Source of the DNA: a virus
Lineage: Duplodnaviria > Heunggongvirae > Uroviricota > Caudoviricetes
Virus record (IMG/VR): IMGVR_UViG_2913167280_000006
Span: 1 to 34,274 of that record
Length of the DNA stretch: 34,274 nucleotides
Reading direction: 5' to 3' (one strand)
Both the position numbers and the translations under genes were made by a program. Positions within the stretch are counted from its first letter, which is position 1; every line of letters begins with the position of its first letter. The notes under the pieces were generated by a model. It saw only the letters and a list, made by a program, of their open reading frames with translations. It did no database searches and was not told the origin of the DNA. Positions 17,857 to 32,309 of the stretch are shown here, piece by piece.

Positions 17857-18139
17857 TTTGAGAAAAGCAGCGCGTGGTCGGGAATGCCAGGTAAGAATCC
17901 CTGGCGTATGTAATGGCAATCCTGAAACGTCTGTACTGGCACATATCCGGCTGGCTGGATTGTGCGGCACCGGTATTAAACCGCCAGACCTGATTGCCAC
18001 CATTGCATGTTCTGCCTGTCACGACGAAATCGACCGCCGCACACATTTTGTCGATGCTGAGTATGCAAAAGAATGCGCGCTGGAAGGTATGGCGAGAACG
18101 CAGGTTATCTGGCTGAAAGAGGGGGTAATCAAGGCGTGA
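17849..18139 (+). CDS. ybcO: YbcO-like DUF1364 protein (putative nuclease)
   Basis: From the internal Met of ORF 17810..18139: [34 protein letters not shown]...[11 protein letters not shown], with Cys/His metal-binding residues. Confidence 0.65.
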   Translation: MADLRKAARGRECQVRIPGVCNGNPETSVLAHIRLAGLCGTGIKPPDLIATIACSACHDEIDRRTHFVDAEYAKECALEGMARTQVIWLKEGVIKA

Positions 18140-18498
18140 ATACTTACTACATCACACTACCCTGGCCGCCGAGCAATAACCGCTACTACCGCCATAATCG
18201 CGGGCGCACGCACATCAGCGCAGAGGGGCAGGTATACCGCGATAACGTCGCCCGAATCATCAAAGGCTCCATGCTGGATATCGGTCTGGCTATGCCAGTG
18301 AAAATCCGTATTGAGTGCCACATGCCGGATCGCCGTCGCCGTGACCTGGATAATCTGCAAAAAGCAGCTTTTGACGCACTCACCAAAGCAGGTTTCTGGC
18401 TGGATGATGCTCAGGTCGTTGATTATCGCGTTGTGAAGATGCCCGTTACCAAGGGTGGAAAGCTGGAGCTGACCATCACTGAACTGGGAGATGAATGA
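18136..18498 (+). CDS. rusA: Holliday junction resolvase RusA
   Basis: GTG start giving [32 protein letters not shown]...[34 protein letters not shown], recognised as RusA. Confidence 0.85.
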   Translation: MNTYYITLPWPPSNNRYYRHNRGRTHISAEGQVYRDNVARIIKGSMLDIGLAMPVKIRIECHMPDRRRRDLDNLQKAAFDALTKAGFWLDDAQVVDYRVVKMPVTKGGKLELTITELGDE

Positions 18499-18635
18499 TG
18501 TTTGAGTCTTATATGGCAGAACGTCTTCGCCGCCGCTGGGTGCGCCTGCGCTTATATCGTTTTCCCGGTTCTGTTTTGACCGATTACCGAATACTGAAGA
18601 ATTACGCCAAAACACTGAAAGGAGCTGCCGCATGA
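18495..18635 (+). CDS. ylcG: YlcG-like small protein (46 aa)
   Basis: [46 protein letters not shown]; overlaps the rusA stop and the Q start. Confidence 0.45.
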   Translation: MMFESYMAERLRRRWVRLRLYRFPGSVLTDYRILKNYAKTLKGAAA

Positions 18636-19321
18636 ATACCCAATATTTACAGTATGTTCGCGAGCAACTCATGGTGGCTACCGCTGATTTGAGCGGAGTA
18701 ACGAAAGGCCAGCTTGAAGCCTGGCTGGAGCATGCTCAATTTGATACTGGTACATACAAACGAAAGAAGCCGCGCATTCTGGATGAGGTAACTGGCAGGA
18801 TGATTACGCTGGATAATCCGCCGATTTCCGGTAAGCAGTCGTACGCAAAAGGTTCATCCATTGCACTGGTCAGCCAGGTTGAGTTCTCAACCTCTTCATG
18901 GCGCCGCGCGGTTCTGTCTCTTGATGAACATCAGAAAGCGTGGTTGCTGTGGAGTTACAGCGAAAGTGTTCGCTGGGAGCATCAGGTTGCCATAACGCAG
19001 TGGGCATGGAGCGAGTTTAAGACTCTGTTGGGTACCAGAAAAATTGCAGGTAAGACACTGGAACGTTTGAAGAAGTTGATCTGGCTGGCGGCACAGGATG
19101 TGAAGAACGAGCTGGCAGGGCGTAAGACCTATGAATACCAGGAGCTGGCATCACTGGTGGGAGTGACATCAAAAAACTGGTCTGAGACATTTACTGAACG
19201 CTGGGTTGCAATGAAGCACATTTTTCTACAGCTTGATAGCGAAGCTTTATTGCTTGTAACGAGAACACGTTCAAAACAAAAGACGACATTTTCACAGCAA
19301 AGTATTGCAAAACTGGATTGA
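18632..19321 (+). CDS. Putative late-gene antiterminator Q (non-lambda type)
   Basis: 229-aa ORF directly after rusA and ylcG and upstream of the lysis genes; assignment by position only. Confidence 0.5.
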   Translation: MNTQYLQYVREQLMVATADLSGVTKGQLEAWLEHAQFDTGTYKRKKPRILDEVTGRMITLDNPPISGKQSYAKGSSIALVSQVEFSTSSWRRAVLSLDEHQKAWLLWSYSESVRWEHQVAITQWAWSEFKTLLGTRKIAGKTLERLKKLIWLAAQDVKNELAGRKTYEYQELASLVGVTSKNWSETFTERWVAMKHIFLQLDSEALLLVTRTRSKQKTTFSQQSIAKLD

Positions 19322-19542
19322 AAGGCATATATTCCGTGTAAATCTGATATTTTGCCAATGTTGTATGTGCAACTGTTCGTAGGTGTCGTAAGGGGTGACT
19401 ATCCAATTTCCAGGATATAGATTATTCTGCAATAAAGGTTTTGGGAATGAAGGGGCGGCTCCCAAAAGATAACCGCCAAGTTGGTAACTTCGACTCGATA
19501 ATTGGTCTGGGACTCCAACCGTGTCGGCTGAGAGGTCGACGT

Positions 19543-20346
19543 CTATTTCTTTTGGGGAAGTGGATACTTTAAGCTAACATTTTGAGTTTCTATATCTCGT
19601 GGCCCTCGAGTTTTATCATAAAAATACCAGATATTAAATTTTCTCTCAGTGTGCCATGTATCATATTGCAAGTGATCCCAGCCTAAATATGAAGCAACAT
19701 AGTTTGATACTCTTATTTTGGCTTCAGATGAAGCTTTTCCTTGATATGCGCACATAACCGCACCTAAGAAAAAATCGGCTAGCTGAATGTTTTCAGATGC
19801 TTTAGAGTCTTTTGTCACTACACTGCTGATTATCCCTTTACGACCAAATTTTCTATTCAATATGTTATTGGCAATAACATTTAGTTCTTCATCGGCCTTT
19901 TTATAACGAGATGCGATAGGATCAACTTCAATCCTGAAGTAACTGTCTCTTTCAGGGTGTGCAGAAATTACAGAGCTAATTTTTGTGGTAATGAGATTTG
20001 TGAAGTGCTTTCTCCTTGCCAGGTCATAATCCCCATTATGAAATGCCTTGTTTACTATTGATTTTTCAACCACGATACAATGAAAAGCTAGCCAAGGAAC
20101 TCTAAAGAATAAGTCGATCAGCTCAAGATAAAATTCAGAGTATCTTTTTGAATGGGCTTTTTGCCATTTTATTTCTTCAAAAAAACCATGTTTGCTGCGT
20201 AGTTCTCTGATTAGTTGACAGAAATCCCCACGGCGTTGGTACTTCATCCACAGACTGCCAAAGCCGTAGAAACGTTGCCCATCAATGCCAGATTCATCGC
20301 AAGCAATATGCCAAATTAACTTACCAATGTTATCTTTTTCTGTCAT
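19543..20346 (-). CDS. DUF3800-like protein, encoded antisense between Q and the holin
   Basis: 267-aa AT-rich ORF with N-terminal CDESGIDG and C-terminal IQLADFFLGAV motifs that I associate with DUF3800. Confidence 0.6.
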   Translation of the reverse strand: MTEKDNIGKLIWHIACDESGIDGQRFYGFGSLWMKYQRRGDFCQLIRELRSKHGFFEEIKWQKAHSKRYSEFYLELIDLFFRVPWLAFHCIVVEKSIVNKAFHNGDYDLARRKHFTNLITTKISSVISAHPERDSYFRIEVDPIASRYKKADEELNVIANNILNRKFGRKGIISSVVTKDSKASENIQLADFFLGAVMCAYQGKASSEAKIRVSNYVASYLGWDHLQYDTWHTERKFNIWYFYDKTRGPRDIETQNVSLKYPLPQKK

Positions 20347-20562
20347 CTGCTGGTAATGCTCTTAGTCCTTAAAGCATGGTATTTAACCACACATGTAACT
20401 CATTGATAAAGATCGTTTTATGCAAGTTGCATGGATCGGCTTTTGAAGGCCATTCGCTTAGTTATAAGATTTTTTAGTTATTTTGAGTTGACTGTTTATA
20501 ACAATATTTCCCATGTAAGTTTTTAATCATTAGCGTCCCGGCCTTTCGTCGGCGGCGAAACA

Positions 20563-20880
20563 TTGGCTATTCATATGCACGAAAAAGAGAGCCTTGCCGG
20601 AGCGTTCTGGCTCGTTTTGCTGATCATCGCAGGTTGGGGCGGTCTGGTCCGCTATCTGATAGATGTGAAGCAAAGTAAAGCAACGTGGAGCTGGATAAAT
20701 GCTCTGGCTCAGATAGTGGTATCGGGATTCACCGGTGTTATTGGTGGCCTGATCAGTATCGAAAGTGGATTCAGTATTTACATGATTCTCGCGACAGCGG
20801 GGATTAGTGGTGCGATGGGCTCGGTTGCACTGACGTACTTCTGGGAACGACTGACAGGGGTGAAAAATGCAAAATCTTAA
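20563..20880 (+). CDS. Putative holin
   Basis: 105-aa ORF with predicted transmembrane segments (LAGAFWLVLLIIAGWGGLV, IVVSGFTGVIGGLI, IYMILATAGISGAMGSVAL) and a charged C-terminus; two Met codons close together at the start; directly before R. Confidence 0.6.
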   Translation: MAIHMHEKESLAGAFWLVLLIIAGWGGLVRYLIDVKQSKATWSWINALAQIVVSGFTGVIGGLISIESGFSIYMILATAGISGAMGSVALTYFWERLTGVKNAKS

Positions 20881-21343
20881 TCCTCAGCGTAAAGCTTTCC
20901 TCGATATGTTGGCGTGGTCAGAAGGAACGGATAACGGGCGACAACCGACACGTAACCGCGGTTATGACGTTATTGTCGGTGGCGAACTCTTCACTGATTA
21001 CTCCGATCACCCTCGAAAACTTGTCACGCTAAACCCGAAACTCAAATCAACAGCCGCAGGCCGTTATCAACTTCTTTCACGCTGGTGGGATGCTTACCGC
21101 AAGCAGTTAGGGCTGACAGACTTCTCTCCTAAAAGCCAGGATGCTGTTGCATTGCAGCAGATTAAGGAGCGTGGCGCTTTACTAATGATTGATCGCGGTG
21201 ACATCCGTCAGGCAATCGACCGTTGCAGCAATATCTGGGCCTCATTGCCTGGCGCTGGTTATGGTCAGTTCGAGCATAAGACTGACAGCCTGATTGCAAA
21301 ATTCAAAGAAGCGGGCGGAACGGTCAGAGAGATTGAGGTATGA
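20867..21343 (+). CDS. R: Endolysin R (lambda-type lytic transglycosylase)
   Basis: ...[22 protein letters not shown]...[51 protein letters not shown]..., near-identical to lambda R as I recall it. Confidence 0.9.
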   Translation: MQNLNPQRKAFLDMLAWSEGTDNGRQPTRNRGYDVIVGGELFTDYSDHPRKLVTLNPKLKSTAAGRYQLLSRWWDAYRKQLGLTDFSPKSQDAVALQQIKERGALLMIDRGDIRQAIDRCSNIWASLPGAGYGQFEHKTDSLIAKFKEAGGTVREIEV

Positions 21344-21801
21344 GCAGAGTCACCGCGATTATCTCCGTTCTGGTTATCTGCATCATCGTCTGCCTGTCAT
21401 GGGCTGTTAATCATTACCGTGATAACGCCATTACCTACAAAGCCCAGCGCGACAAAAATGCCAGAGAACTGAAGCTGGCGAACGCGGCAATTACTGACAT
21501 GCAGATGCGTCAGCGTGATGTTGCTGCGCTCGATGCAAAATACACGAAGGAGTTAGCTGATGCGAAAGCTGAAAATGATGCTCTGCGTGATGATGTTGCC
21601 GCTGGTCGTCGTCGGTTGCACATCAAAGCAGTCTGTCAGTCAGTGCGTGAAGCCACCACCGCCTCCGGCGTGGATAATGCAGCCTCCCCCCGACTGGCAG
21701 ACACCGCTGAACGGGATTATTTCACCCTCAGAGAGAGGCTGATCACTATGCAAAAACAACTGGAAGGAACCCAGAAGTATATTAATGAGCAGTGCAGATA
21801 G
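21340..21801 (+). CDS. Rz: Inner-membrane spanin Rz
   Basis: 153-aa ORF with N-terminal transmembrane segment and coiled-coil; overlaps the R stop. Confidence 0.85.
   Translation: MSRVTAIISVLVICIIVCLSWAVNHYRDNAITYKAQRDKNARELKLANAAITDMQMRQRDVAALDAKYTKELADAKAENDALRDDVAAGRRRLHIKAVCQSVREATTASGVDNAASPRLADTAERDYFTLRERLITMQKQLEGTQKYINEQCR
21560..21742 (+). CDS. Rz1: Outer-membrane lipoprotein spanin Rz1 (embedded in Rz in another frame)
   Basis: 60-aa [27 protein letters not shown]... with lipobox LVVVGC and proline-rich tail. Confidence 0.8.
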   Translation: MRKLKMMLCVMMLPLVVVGCTSKQSVSQCVKPPPPPAWIMQPPPDWQTPLNGIISPSERG

Positions 21802-21832
21802 AGCTGCCCATATCGATGGGCAACTCATGCAA

Positions 21833-22126
21833 TTATTGTGAGCAATACACACGCGCTTCCAGCGGAGTATAAATGCCTAAAGTAATAAAACCGAGAAATC
21901 CATTTACGAATGTTTGCTGGGTTTCTGTTTTAACAACATTTTCTGCGCCGCCACAAATTTTGGCTGCATCAACAGTTTTCTCCTGTCCAATTCCCGAAAC
22001 GAAGAAATGATGGGTGATGGTTTCCTTTGGTGTTACTGCTGTCGGTTTGTTTCCAACAGTAAACGTCTGTTGAGCACATCCTGTAATAAGCATTGCCAGA
22101 GCGGCAGAAAACAACATTTTTTTCAT
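21833..22126 (-). CDS. bor: Bor lipoprotein (serum-resistance-associated)
   Basis: From the internal Met: MKKMLFSAALAMLITGCAQQTFTVGNKPTAVTPKETITHHFFVSGIGQEKTVDAAKICGGAENVVKTETQQTFVNG...; lipobox LITGC. Confidence 0.85.
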   Translation of the reverse strand: MKKMLFSAALAMLITGCAQQTFTVGNKPTAVTPKETITHHFFVSGIGQEKTVDAAKICGGAENVVKTETQQTFVNGFLGFITLGIYTPLEARVYCSQ

Positions 22127-22293
22127 CTTATTATCCTGCATTGTTAAAAACGGCAGAATCCTATGTGACAACAATTAAACGATAGTTAAATGGATTGATG
22201 AAAATTAAAACTATATAGGTGGATGCTCAGCCTATTGGAGGAGGGGGGGCACTCAGAATCCTGTGGAATGAAATAAACCGCTCTATCTGTCCA

Positions 22294-22518
22294 TTACCCT
22301 TTTAGCTGCGCTGTATCGTCGCCGTATTCCCGCATTAACCATGACCGTAGCCCGACGGGGAATTCCTTCTGCGTGAGTGTGCGGGAATAATCAAAAACGA
22401 TGCACACCGGGTTTTTACCGCGTTTATGGTTCACGGGGGTGTCCCTCATGCTCGCTAGTCCTGTGCGGGGGTGGAAGAAACAGGACGTGTATTCAGGTCT
22501 GTGTGACTGTGGTCGCAA
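22294..22518 (-). CDS. Hypothetical ORF between bor and cos
   Basis: 74-aa ORF; weak coding character. Confidence 0.25.
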   Translation of the reverse strand: MRPQSHRPEYTSCFFHPRTGLASMRDTPVNHKRGKNPVCIVFDYSRTLTQKEFPVGLRSWLMREYGDDTAQLKG

Positions 22519-22603
22519 GACTTTTGTCGTTCAGCTATTAAATCCCATTACGAAGTAGACCAGAACGGCCAACGGGTCCTTTCCGGCGATCCGACAGGTT
22601 ACG

Positions 22604-22615
22604 GGGCGGCGACCT
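22604..22615 (+). other. cosN cohesive-end site, with cosB-like sequence downstream to about 22790
   Basis: GGGCGGCGACCT followed by CGCGGGTTTTCGCTATTTATGAAAATTTTCC..., which I recognise as the lambda genome left end. Confidence 0.8.
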
Positions 22616-22792
22616 CGCGGGTTTTCGCTATTTATGAAAATTTTCCGGTTTAAGGCGTTTCCGTTCTTCTTCGTCATAACTTAATGTTTTTATTTAAAAT
22701 ACCCTCTGAAAAGAAAGGAAACGACAGGTGCTGAAAGCGAGCTTTTTGGCCTCTGTCGTTTCCTTTCTCTGTTTTTGTCCGTGGAATGAACA

Positions 22793-23312
22793 ATGGAAGT
22801 CAACAAAAAGCAGCTGGCTGACATTTTCGGTGCGAGTATCCGTACCATTCAGAACTGGCAGGAACAGGGAATGCCCGTTCTGCGAGGCGGTGGCAAGGGT
22901 AATGAGGTGCTTTATGACTCTGCCGCCGTCATAAAATGGTATGCCGAAAGGGATGCTGAAATTGAGAACGAAAAGCTGCGCCGGGAGGTTGAAGAACTGC
23001 GGCAGGCCAGCGAGGCAGATCTCCAGCCAGGGACTATTGAGTACGAACGCCATCGACTTACGCGTGCGCAGGCCGACGCACAGGAACTGAAGAATGCCAG
23101 AGACTCCGCTGAAGTGGTGGAAACCGCATTCTGTACTTTCGTGTTGTCGCGGATCGCAGGTGAAATTGCCAGTATTCTCGACGGGATCCCCCTGTCGGTG
23201 CAGCGGCGTTTTCCGGAACTGGAAAACCGACATGTTGATTTCCTGAAACGGGATATCATCAAAGCCATGAACAAAGCAGCCGCGCTGGATGAACTGATAC
23301 CGGGGTTGCTGA

Positions 23313-23338
<26 letters not shown>
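22793..23338 (+). CDS. nu1: Terminase small subunit Nu1
   Basis: 181-aa ORF MEVNKKQLADIFGASIRTIQNWQEQGMPVL... (winged HTH), first gene after cos. Confidence 0.9.
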
Positions 23339-27019
<3,681 letters not shown>

Positions 27020-27039
<20 letters not shown>

Positions 27040-28339
27040 TCTCCCGCATATTGCCAGCATGGCTTTTAATGAGCCGCTGATGCTTGAACCCGCCTATGCG
27101 CGGGTTTTCTTTTGTGCGCTTGCAGGCCTGCTTGGGATCAGCCGCCTGACGGATGCAGTATCCGGCGACAGCCTGACTGCCGGAGAGGCACCCGCGGCGC
27201 TGGCGTTATCCGGTGATGATGACGGACCACGACAGGCCCGCAGTTATCAGGTCATGAACGGCATCGCCGTGCTGCCGGTGTCCGGTACGCTGGTCAGCCG
27301 GACGCGGGCGCTGCAGCCGTATTCGGGAATGACCGGTTACAACGGCATTATCGCCCGTCTGCAACAGGCTGCCAGCGATCCGATGGTGGACGGCATTCTG
27401 CTGGATATGGACACACCGGGCGGGATGGTGGCGGGAGCATTTGACTGTGCTGACATCATCGCCCGTGTGCGAGACATAAAACCGGTATGGGCGCTGGCCA
27501 ACGACATGAACTGCAGTGCAGGTCAGCTGCTTGCCAGCGCCGCCTCCCGGCGTCTGGTCACGCAGACCGCCCGGACAGGCTCCATCGGCGTCATGATGGC
27601 TCACAGTAATTACGGTGCTGCGCTGGAGAAACAGGGCGTGGAAATCACGCTGATTTACAGCGGCAGCCATAAGGTGGATGGCAACCCCTACAGCCATCTA
27701 CCGGATGATGTCCGGGAAACACTGCAGTCCCGGATGGATGCAACCCGCCGGATGTTTGCGCAGAAAGTGTCGGCATATACCGGCCTGTCTGTGCAGGCTG
27801 TGCTGGATACCGAGGCTGCAGTGTACAGCGGTCAGGAGGCCATTGATGCCGGACTGGCTGATGAACTTGTCAACAGCACCGATGCGATCACCGTTATGCG
27901 TGATGCACTGGATGCACGTAAATCCCGTCTCTCAGGAGGGCGAATGACCAAAGAGACTCAATCAACAACTGTTTCAGCCACTGCTTCGCAGGCTGACGTT
28001 ACTGGCGTGGTGCCTGCGACGGAGGGCGAAAACACCAGCGCGGCTCAGCCGGACGTGAACGCGCAGATCACCGTAGCGGTTGCGGCAGAAAACAGCCGCA
28101 TTATGGGGATCCTCAACTGTGAGGAGGCTCACGGACGCGAAGAACAGGCATGCGTGCTGGCCGAAACCCCCGGAATGACCGTGGAAACGGCCCGCCGCAT
28201 TCTGGCCGCAGCACCACAGAGTGCACAGGCGCGCAGTGACACTGCGCTGGATCGTCTGATGCAGGGTGCACCGGCACCACTGGCTGCAGGTAACCCGGCA
28301 TCTGATGCCGTTAACGATTTGCTGAACACACCAGTGTAA
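27020..28339 (+). CDS. C: Head maturation protease C (ClpP/SppA fold), with the scaffold Nu3 expected in-frame inside its 3' part
   Basis: GTG start after GGAGGAG giving VTAELRNLPHIASMAFNEPLML...; ORF-track frame 26885..28339. Confidence 0.85.
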
Positions 28340-28348
28340 GGGATGTTT

Positions 28349-28681
28349 ATGACGAGCAAAGAAACCTTTACCCATTACCAGCCGCTGGGCAACAGTGACC
28401 CGGCTCATACCGCAACCGCGCCCGGCGGATTGAGTGCGAAAGCGCCTGCAATGACCCCGCTGATGCTGGACACCTCCACCCGTAAGCTGGTTGCGTGGGA
28501 TGGCACCACCGACGGTGCTGCCGTTGGCATTCTTGCAGTTGCTGCTGACCAGACCAGCACCACACTGACGTTCTACAAGTCCGGCACGTTCCGTTATGAG
28601 GATGTGCTCTGGCCGGAGGCTGCCAGCGACGAGACGAAAAAACGGACCGCGTTTGCCGGAACGGCAATCAGCATCGTTTAA
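28349..28681 (+). CDS. D: Head decoration protein D
   Basis: [41 protein letters not shown]..., 110 aa. Confidence 0.9.
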   Translation: MTSKETFTHYQPLGNSDPAHTATAPGGLSAKAPAMTPLMLDTSTRKLVAWDGTTDGAAVGILAVAADQTSTTLTFYKSGTFRYEDVLWPEAASDETKKRTAFAGTAISIV

Positions 28682-28736
28682 CTTTACCCTTCATCACTAA
28701 AGGCCGCCTGTGCGGCTTTTTTTACGGGATTTTTTT

Positions 28737-29762
28737 ATGTCGATGTACACAACCGCCCAGCTGCTGGCGGCAAATGAGCAGAAATTTAAGTTTGATCCGC
28801 TGTTTCTGCGTCTCTTTTTCCGTGAGAGCTATCCCTTCACTACGGAGAAAGTCTATCTCTCACAAATTCCGGGACTGGTAAACATGGCGCTGTACGTTTC
28901 GCCGATTGTTTCCGGTGAGGTTATCCGTTCCCGTGGCGGCTCCACCTCTGAATTTACGCCGGGATATGTCAAACCCAAGCATGAAGTGAATCCGCAGATG
29001 ACCCTGCGTCGCCTGCCGGATGAAGATCCGCAGAATCTGGCGGACCCGGCTTACCGCCGCCGTCGCATCATCATGCAGAACATGCGTGACGAAGAGCTGG
29101 CCATTGCTCAGGTCGAAGAGATGCAGGCAGTTTCTGCCGTGCTCAAGGGCAAATACACCATGACCGGTGAAGCCTTCGATCCGGTTGAGGTGGATATGGG
29201 CCGCAGTGCGGCGAACAACATCACGCAGTCCGGCGGCACGGAGTGGAGCAAGCGTGACAAGTCCACGTATGACCCGACCGACGATATCGAAGCCTACGCG
29301 CTGAACGCCAGCGGCGTGGTGAATATCATCGTGTTTGACCCGAAAGGCTGGGCGCTGTTCCGTTCCTTCAAAGCCGTCAGGGAGAAGCTGGATACCCGTC
29401 GCGGCTCTCATTCCGAACTGGAGACAGCGATAAAAGACCTGGGCAAAGCGGTGTCTTATAAGGGAATGTATGGCGATGTGGCCATCGTCGTGTATTCCGG
29501 ACAGTACGTGGAAAACGGCGTCAAAAAGAACTTCCTGCCGGACAACACGATGGTGCTGGGTAACACTCATGCACGCGGTCTGCGCACCTATGGCTGTATT
29601 CAGGATGCGGATGCATTGAGTGAGGGTATTAATGCGTCTCCCCGTTATCCGAAAAACTGGAAGACATCCGGCGATCCGGCGCGAGAGTTCACCATGATTC
29701 AGTCAGCACCGCTGATGCTGCTGGCTGATCCTGATGAGTTCGTGTCCGTTCAACTGGCGTAA
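28737..29762 (+). CDS. E: Major capsid protein E
   Basis: Internal Met of ORF 28710..29762: MSMYTTAQLLAANEQKFKFDPLFLRLFFRESYPF..., 341 aa. Confidence 0.9.
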   Translation: MSMYTTAQLLAANEQKFKFDPLFLRLFFRESYPFTTEKVYLSQIPGLVNMALYVSPIVSGEVIRSRGGSTSEFTPGYVKPKHEVNPQMTLRRLPDEDPQNLADPAYRRRRIIMQNMRDEELAIAQVEEMQAVSAVLKGKYTMTGEAFDPVEVDMGRSAANNITQSGGTEWSKRDKSTYDPTDDIEAYALNASGVVNIIVFDPKGWALFRSFKAVREKLDTRRGSHSELETAIKDLGKAVSYKGMYGDVAIVVYSGQYVENGVKKNFLPDNTMVLGNTHARGLRTYGCIQDADALSEGINASPRYPKNWKTSGDPAREFTMIQSAPLMLLADPDEFVSVQLA

Positions 29763-29803
29763 TCATGGCCCTTAGGGGCCATTTTCTCTCTGTGGAGGAG
29801 TCC

Positions 29804-30199
29804 ATGACGAAAGATGAACTGATTGCCCGTCTCCGGTCGCTGGGTGAGCAACTGAACCGTGATGTCAGCCTGACGGGGACGAAAGAAGAACTGGCGCTCC
29901 GTGTGGCAGAGCTGGAAGAGGAGCTTGATGACACGGATGACGCAGCCGGTCAGGACACGTCTGTCAGCCCGGAAAATGCGCTGACCGGACATGAAAATGA
30001 GGTGGTATCAGCACAGACGGATACCGTGACTGATACGGCTGCTCTGGTCACGGTTGTGGCACTGGTGACGCTGCATACCGATGCACTTCACGCCACGCGG
30101 GATGAACCTGTGGCATTTGTGCTGCCGGGAACGGCGTTTCGTGTCTCTGCCGGTGTGGCAGCCGAAATGACAGAGCGCGGCCTGGCCAGAATGCAATAA
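29804..30199 (+). CDS. FI: DNA packaging protein FI
   Basis: Internal Met MTKDELIARLRSLGEQLNRDV... of ORF 29765..30199. Confidence 0.8.
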   Translation: MTKDELIARLRSLGEQLNRDVSLTGTKEELALRVAELEEELDDTDDAAGQDTSVSPENALTGHENEVVSAQTDTVTDTAALVTVVALVTLHTDALHATRDEPVAFVLPGTAFRVSAGVAAEMTERGLARMQ

Positions 30200-30210
30200 C
30201 GGGAGGCGCT

Positions 30211-30564
30211 GTGGCTGATTTCGATAACCTGTTCGATGCTGCCATTGCCCGCGCCGATGAAACGATACGCGGGTACATGGGAACGTCAGCCACCATGACA
30301 TCCGGTGAGCAGTCCGGCGCAGTAATACGTGGTGTTTTTGATGACCCTGAAAATATCAGCTATGCCGGACAGGGCGTGCGCGTTGAAGGCTCCAGCCCGT
30401 CCCTGTTTGTCCGGACTGATGATGTGCGGCAGCTGCGGCGTGGAGACACGCTGACCATCGGTGAGGAAAACTTCTGGATAGACCGGGTTTCGCCGGATGA
30501 TGGTGGAAGCTGTCATCTCTGGCTTGGGCGGGGCGTACCGCCTGCCGTTAACCGTCGCCGCTGA
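30211..30564 (+). CDS. FII: Head-tail connector protein FII
   Basis: 117-aa ORF MADFDNLFDAAIARADETIRGYMG... Confidence 0.85.
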   Translation: MADFDNLFDAAIARADETIRGYMGTSATMTSGEQSGAVIRGVFDDPENISYAGQGVRVEGSSPSLFVRTDDVRQLRRGDTLTIGEENFWIDRVSPDDGGSCHLWLGRGVPPAVNRRR

Positions 30565-30575
30565 AAGGGGGATGT

Positions 30576-31154
30576 ATGGCCATAAAAGGTCTTGAGCAGG
30601 CCGTTGAAAACCTCAGCCGTATCAGCAAAACGGCGGTGCCTGGTGCCGCCGCAATGGCCATTAACCGCGTTGCTTCATCCGCGATATCGCAGTCGGCGTC
30701 ACAGGTTGCCCGTGAGACAAAGGTACGCCGGAAACTGGTAAAGGAAAGGGCCAGGCTGAAAAGGGCCACGGTCAAAAATCCGCAGGCCAGAATCAAAGTT
30801 AACCGGGGGGATTTGCCCGTAATCAAGCTGGGTAATGCGCGGGTTGTCCTTTCGCGCCGCAGGCGTCGTAAAAAGGGGCAGCGTTCATCCCTGAAAGGTG
30901 GCGGCAGCGTGCTTGTGGTGGGTAACCGTCGTATTCCCGGCGCGTTTATTCAGCAACTGAAAAATGGCCGGTGGCATGTCATGCAGCGTGTGGCCGGGAA
31001 AAACCGTTACCCCATTGATGTGGTGAAAATCCCGATGGCGGTGCCGCTGACCACGGCGTTTAAACAAAATATTGAGCGGATACGGCGTGAACGTCTTCCG
31101 AAAGAGCTGGGCTATGCGCTGCAGCATCAACTGAGGATGGTAATAAAGCGATGA
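30576..31154 (+). CDS. Z: Tail completion protein Z
   Basis: 192-aa ORF in conserved position. Confidence 0.85.
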   Translation: MAIKGLEQAVENLSRISKTAVPGAAAMAINRVASSAISQSASQVARETKVRRKLVKERARLKRATVKNPQARIKVNRGDLPVIKLGNARVVLSRRRRRKKGQRSSLKGGGSVLVVGNRRIPGAFIQQLKNGRWHVMQRVAGKNRYPIDVVKIPMAVPLTTAFKQNIERIRRERLPKELGYALQHQLRMVIKR

Positions 31155-31546
31155 AACATACTGAACTCCGTGCAGCCGTACTGGATGCACTGGAGAAGCA
31201 TGACACCGGGGCGACGTTTTTTGATGGTCGCCCCGCTGTTTTTGATGAGGCGGATTTTCCGGCAGTTGCCGTTTATCTCACCGGCGCTGAATACACGGGC
31301 GAAGAGCTGGACAGCGATACCTGGCAGGCGGAGCTGCATATCGAAGTTTTCCTGCCTGCTCAGGTGCCGGATTCAGAGCTGGATGCGTGGATGGAGTCCC
31401 GGATTTATCCGGTGATGAGCGATATCCCGGCACTGTCAGATTTGATCACCAGTATGGTGGCCAGCGGCTATGACTACCGGCGCGACGATGATGCGGGCCT
31501 GTGGAGTTCAGCCGATCTGACTTATGTCATTACCTATGAAATGTGA
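31151..31546 (+). CDS. U: Tail terminator protein U
   Basis: 131-aa ORF overlapping the Z stop. Confidence 0.85.
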   Translation: MKHTELRAAVLDALEKHDTGATFFDGRPAVFDEADFPAVAVYLTGAEYTGEELDSDTWQAELHIEVFLPAQVPDSELDAWMESRIYPVMSDIPALSDLITSMVASGYDYRRDDDAGLWSSADLTYVITYEM

Positions 31547-31553
31547 GGACGCT

Positions 31554-32294
31554 ATGCCTGTACCAAATCCTACAATGCCGGTGAAAGGTGCCGGGACCAC
31601 CCTGTGGGTTTATAAGGGGACCGGTGACCCTTATGCGAATCCGCTTTCAGACGTTGACTGGTCGCGTCTGGCAAAAGTTAAAGACCTGACGCCCGGCGAA
31701 CTGACCGCTGAGTCCTATGACGACAGCTATCTCGATGATGAAGATGCAGACTGGACTGCGACCGGGCAGGGGCAGAAATCTGCCGGAGATACCAGCTTCA
31801 CGCTGGCGTGGATGCCCGGAGAGCAGGGGCAGCAGGCGCTGCTGGCGTGGTTTAATGAAGGCGATACCCGTGCCTATAAAATCCGCTTCCCGAACGGCAC
31901 GGTCGATGTGTTCCGTGGCTGGGTCAGCAGTATCGGTAAGGCGGTTACGGCGAAGGAAGTGATCACCCGCACGGTGAAAGTCACCAATGTGGGACGTCCG
32001 TCGATGGCAGAAGATCGCAGCACGGTAACAGCGGCAACCGGCATGACCGTGACGCCTGCCAGCACCTCGGTGGTGAAAGGGCAGAGCACCACGCTGACCG
32101 TGGCCTTCCAGCCGGAGGGCGTAACCGACAAGAGCTTTCGTGCGGTGTCTGCGGATAAAACAAAAGCCACCGTGTCGGTCAGTGGTATGACCATCACCGT
32201 GAACGGCGTTGCTGCAGGCAAGGTCAACATTCCGGTTGTATCCGGTAATGGTGAGTTTGCTGCGGTTGCAGAAATTACCGTCACCGCCAGTTAA
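31554..32294 (+). CDS. V: Major tail tube protein V (with C-terminal Ig-like domain)
   Basis: Internal Met [22 protein letters not shown]... of ORF 31524..32294. Confidence 0.9.
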   Translation: MPVPNPTMPVKGAGTTLWVYKGTGDPYANPLSDVDWSRLAKVKDLTPGELTAESYDDSYLDDEDADWTATGQGQKSAGDTSFTLAWMPGEQGQQALLAWFNEGDTRAYKIRFPNGTVDVFRGWVSSIGKAVTAKEVITRTVKVTNVGRPSMAEDRSTVTAATGMTVTPASTSVVKGQSTTLTVAFQPEGVTDKSFRAVSADKTKATVSVSGMTITVNGVAAGKVNIPVVSGNGEFAAVAEITVTAS

Positions 32295-32309
32295 TCCGGA
32301 GAGTCAGCG

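Noticed and set aside
17485-18672. Long minus-strand ORFs (17485..18003, 17708..18046, 18157..18672) in the nin region
   Set aside because: They are antisense to the recognisable plus-strand ybcN, ninE, ybcO and rusA genes.
19400-19540. Possible tRNA between Q and the DUF3800-like gene (the position where Stx phages carry tRNAs)
   Set aside because: The sequence lacks conserved D-loop and T-loop elements; only short hairpins are present.
19322-20562. Shiga toxin or other toxin genes at the Q-to-holin locus
   Set aside because: No ORF with an A/B toxin signature; the only gene is the DUF3800-like ORF on the opposite strand.
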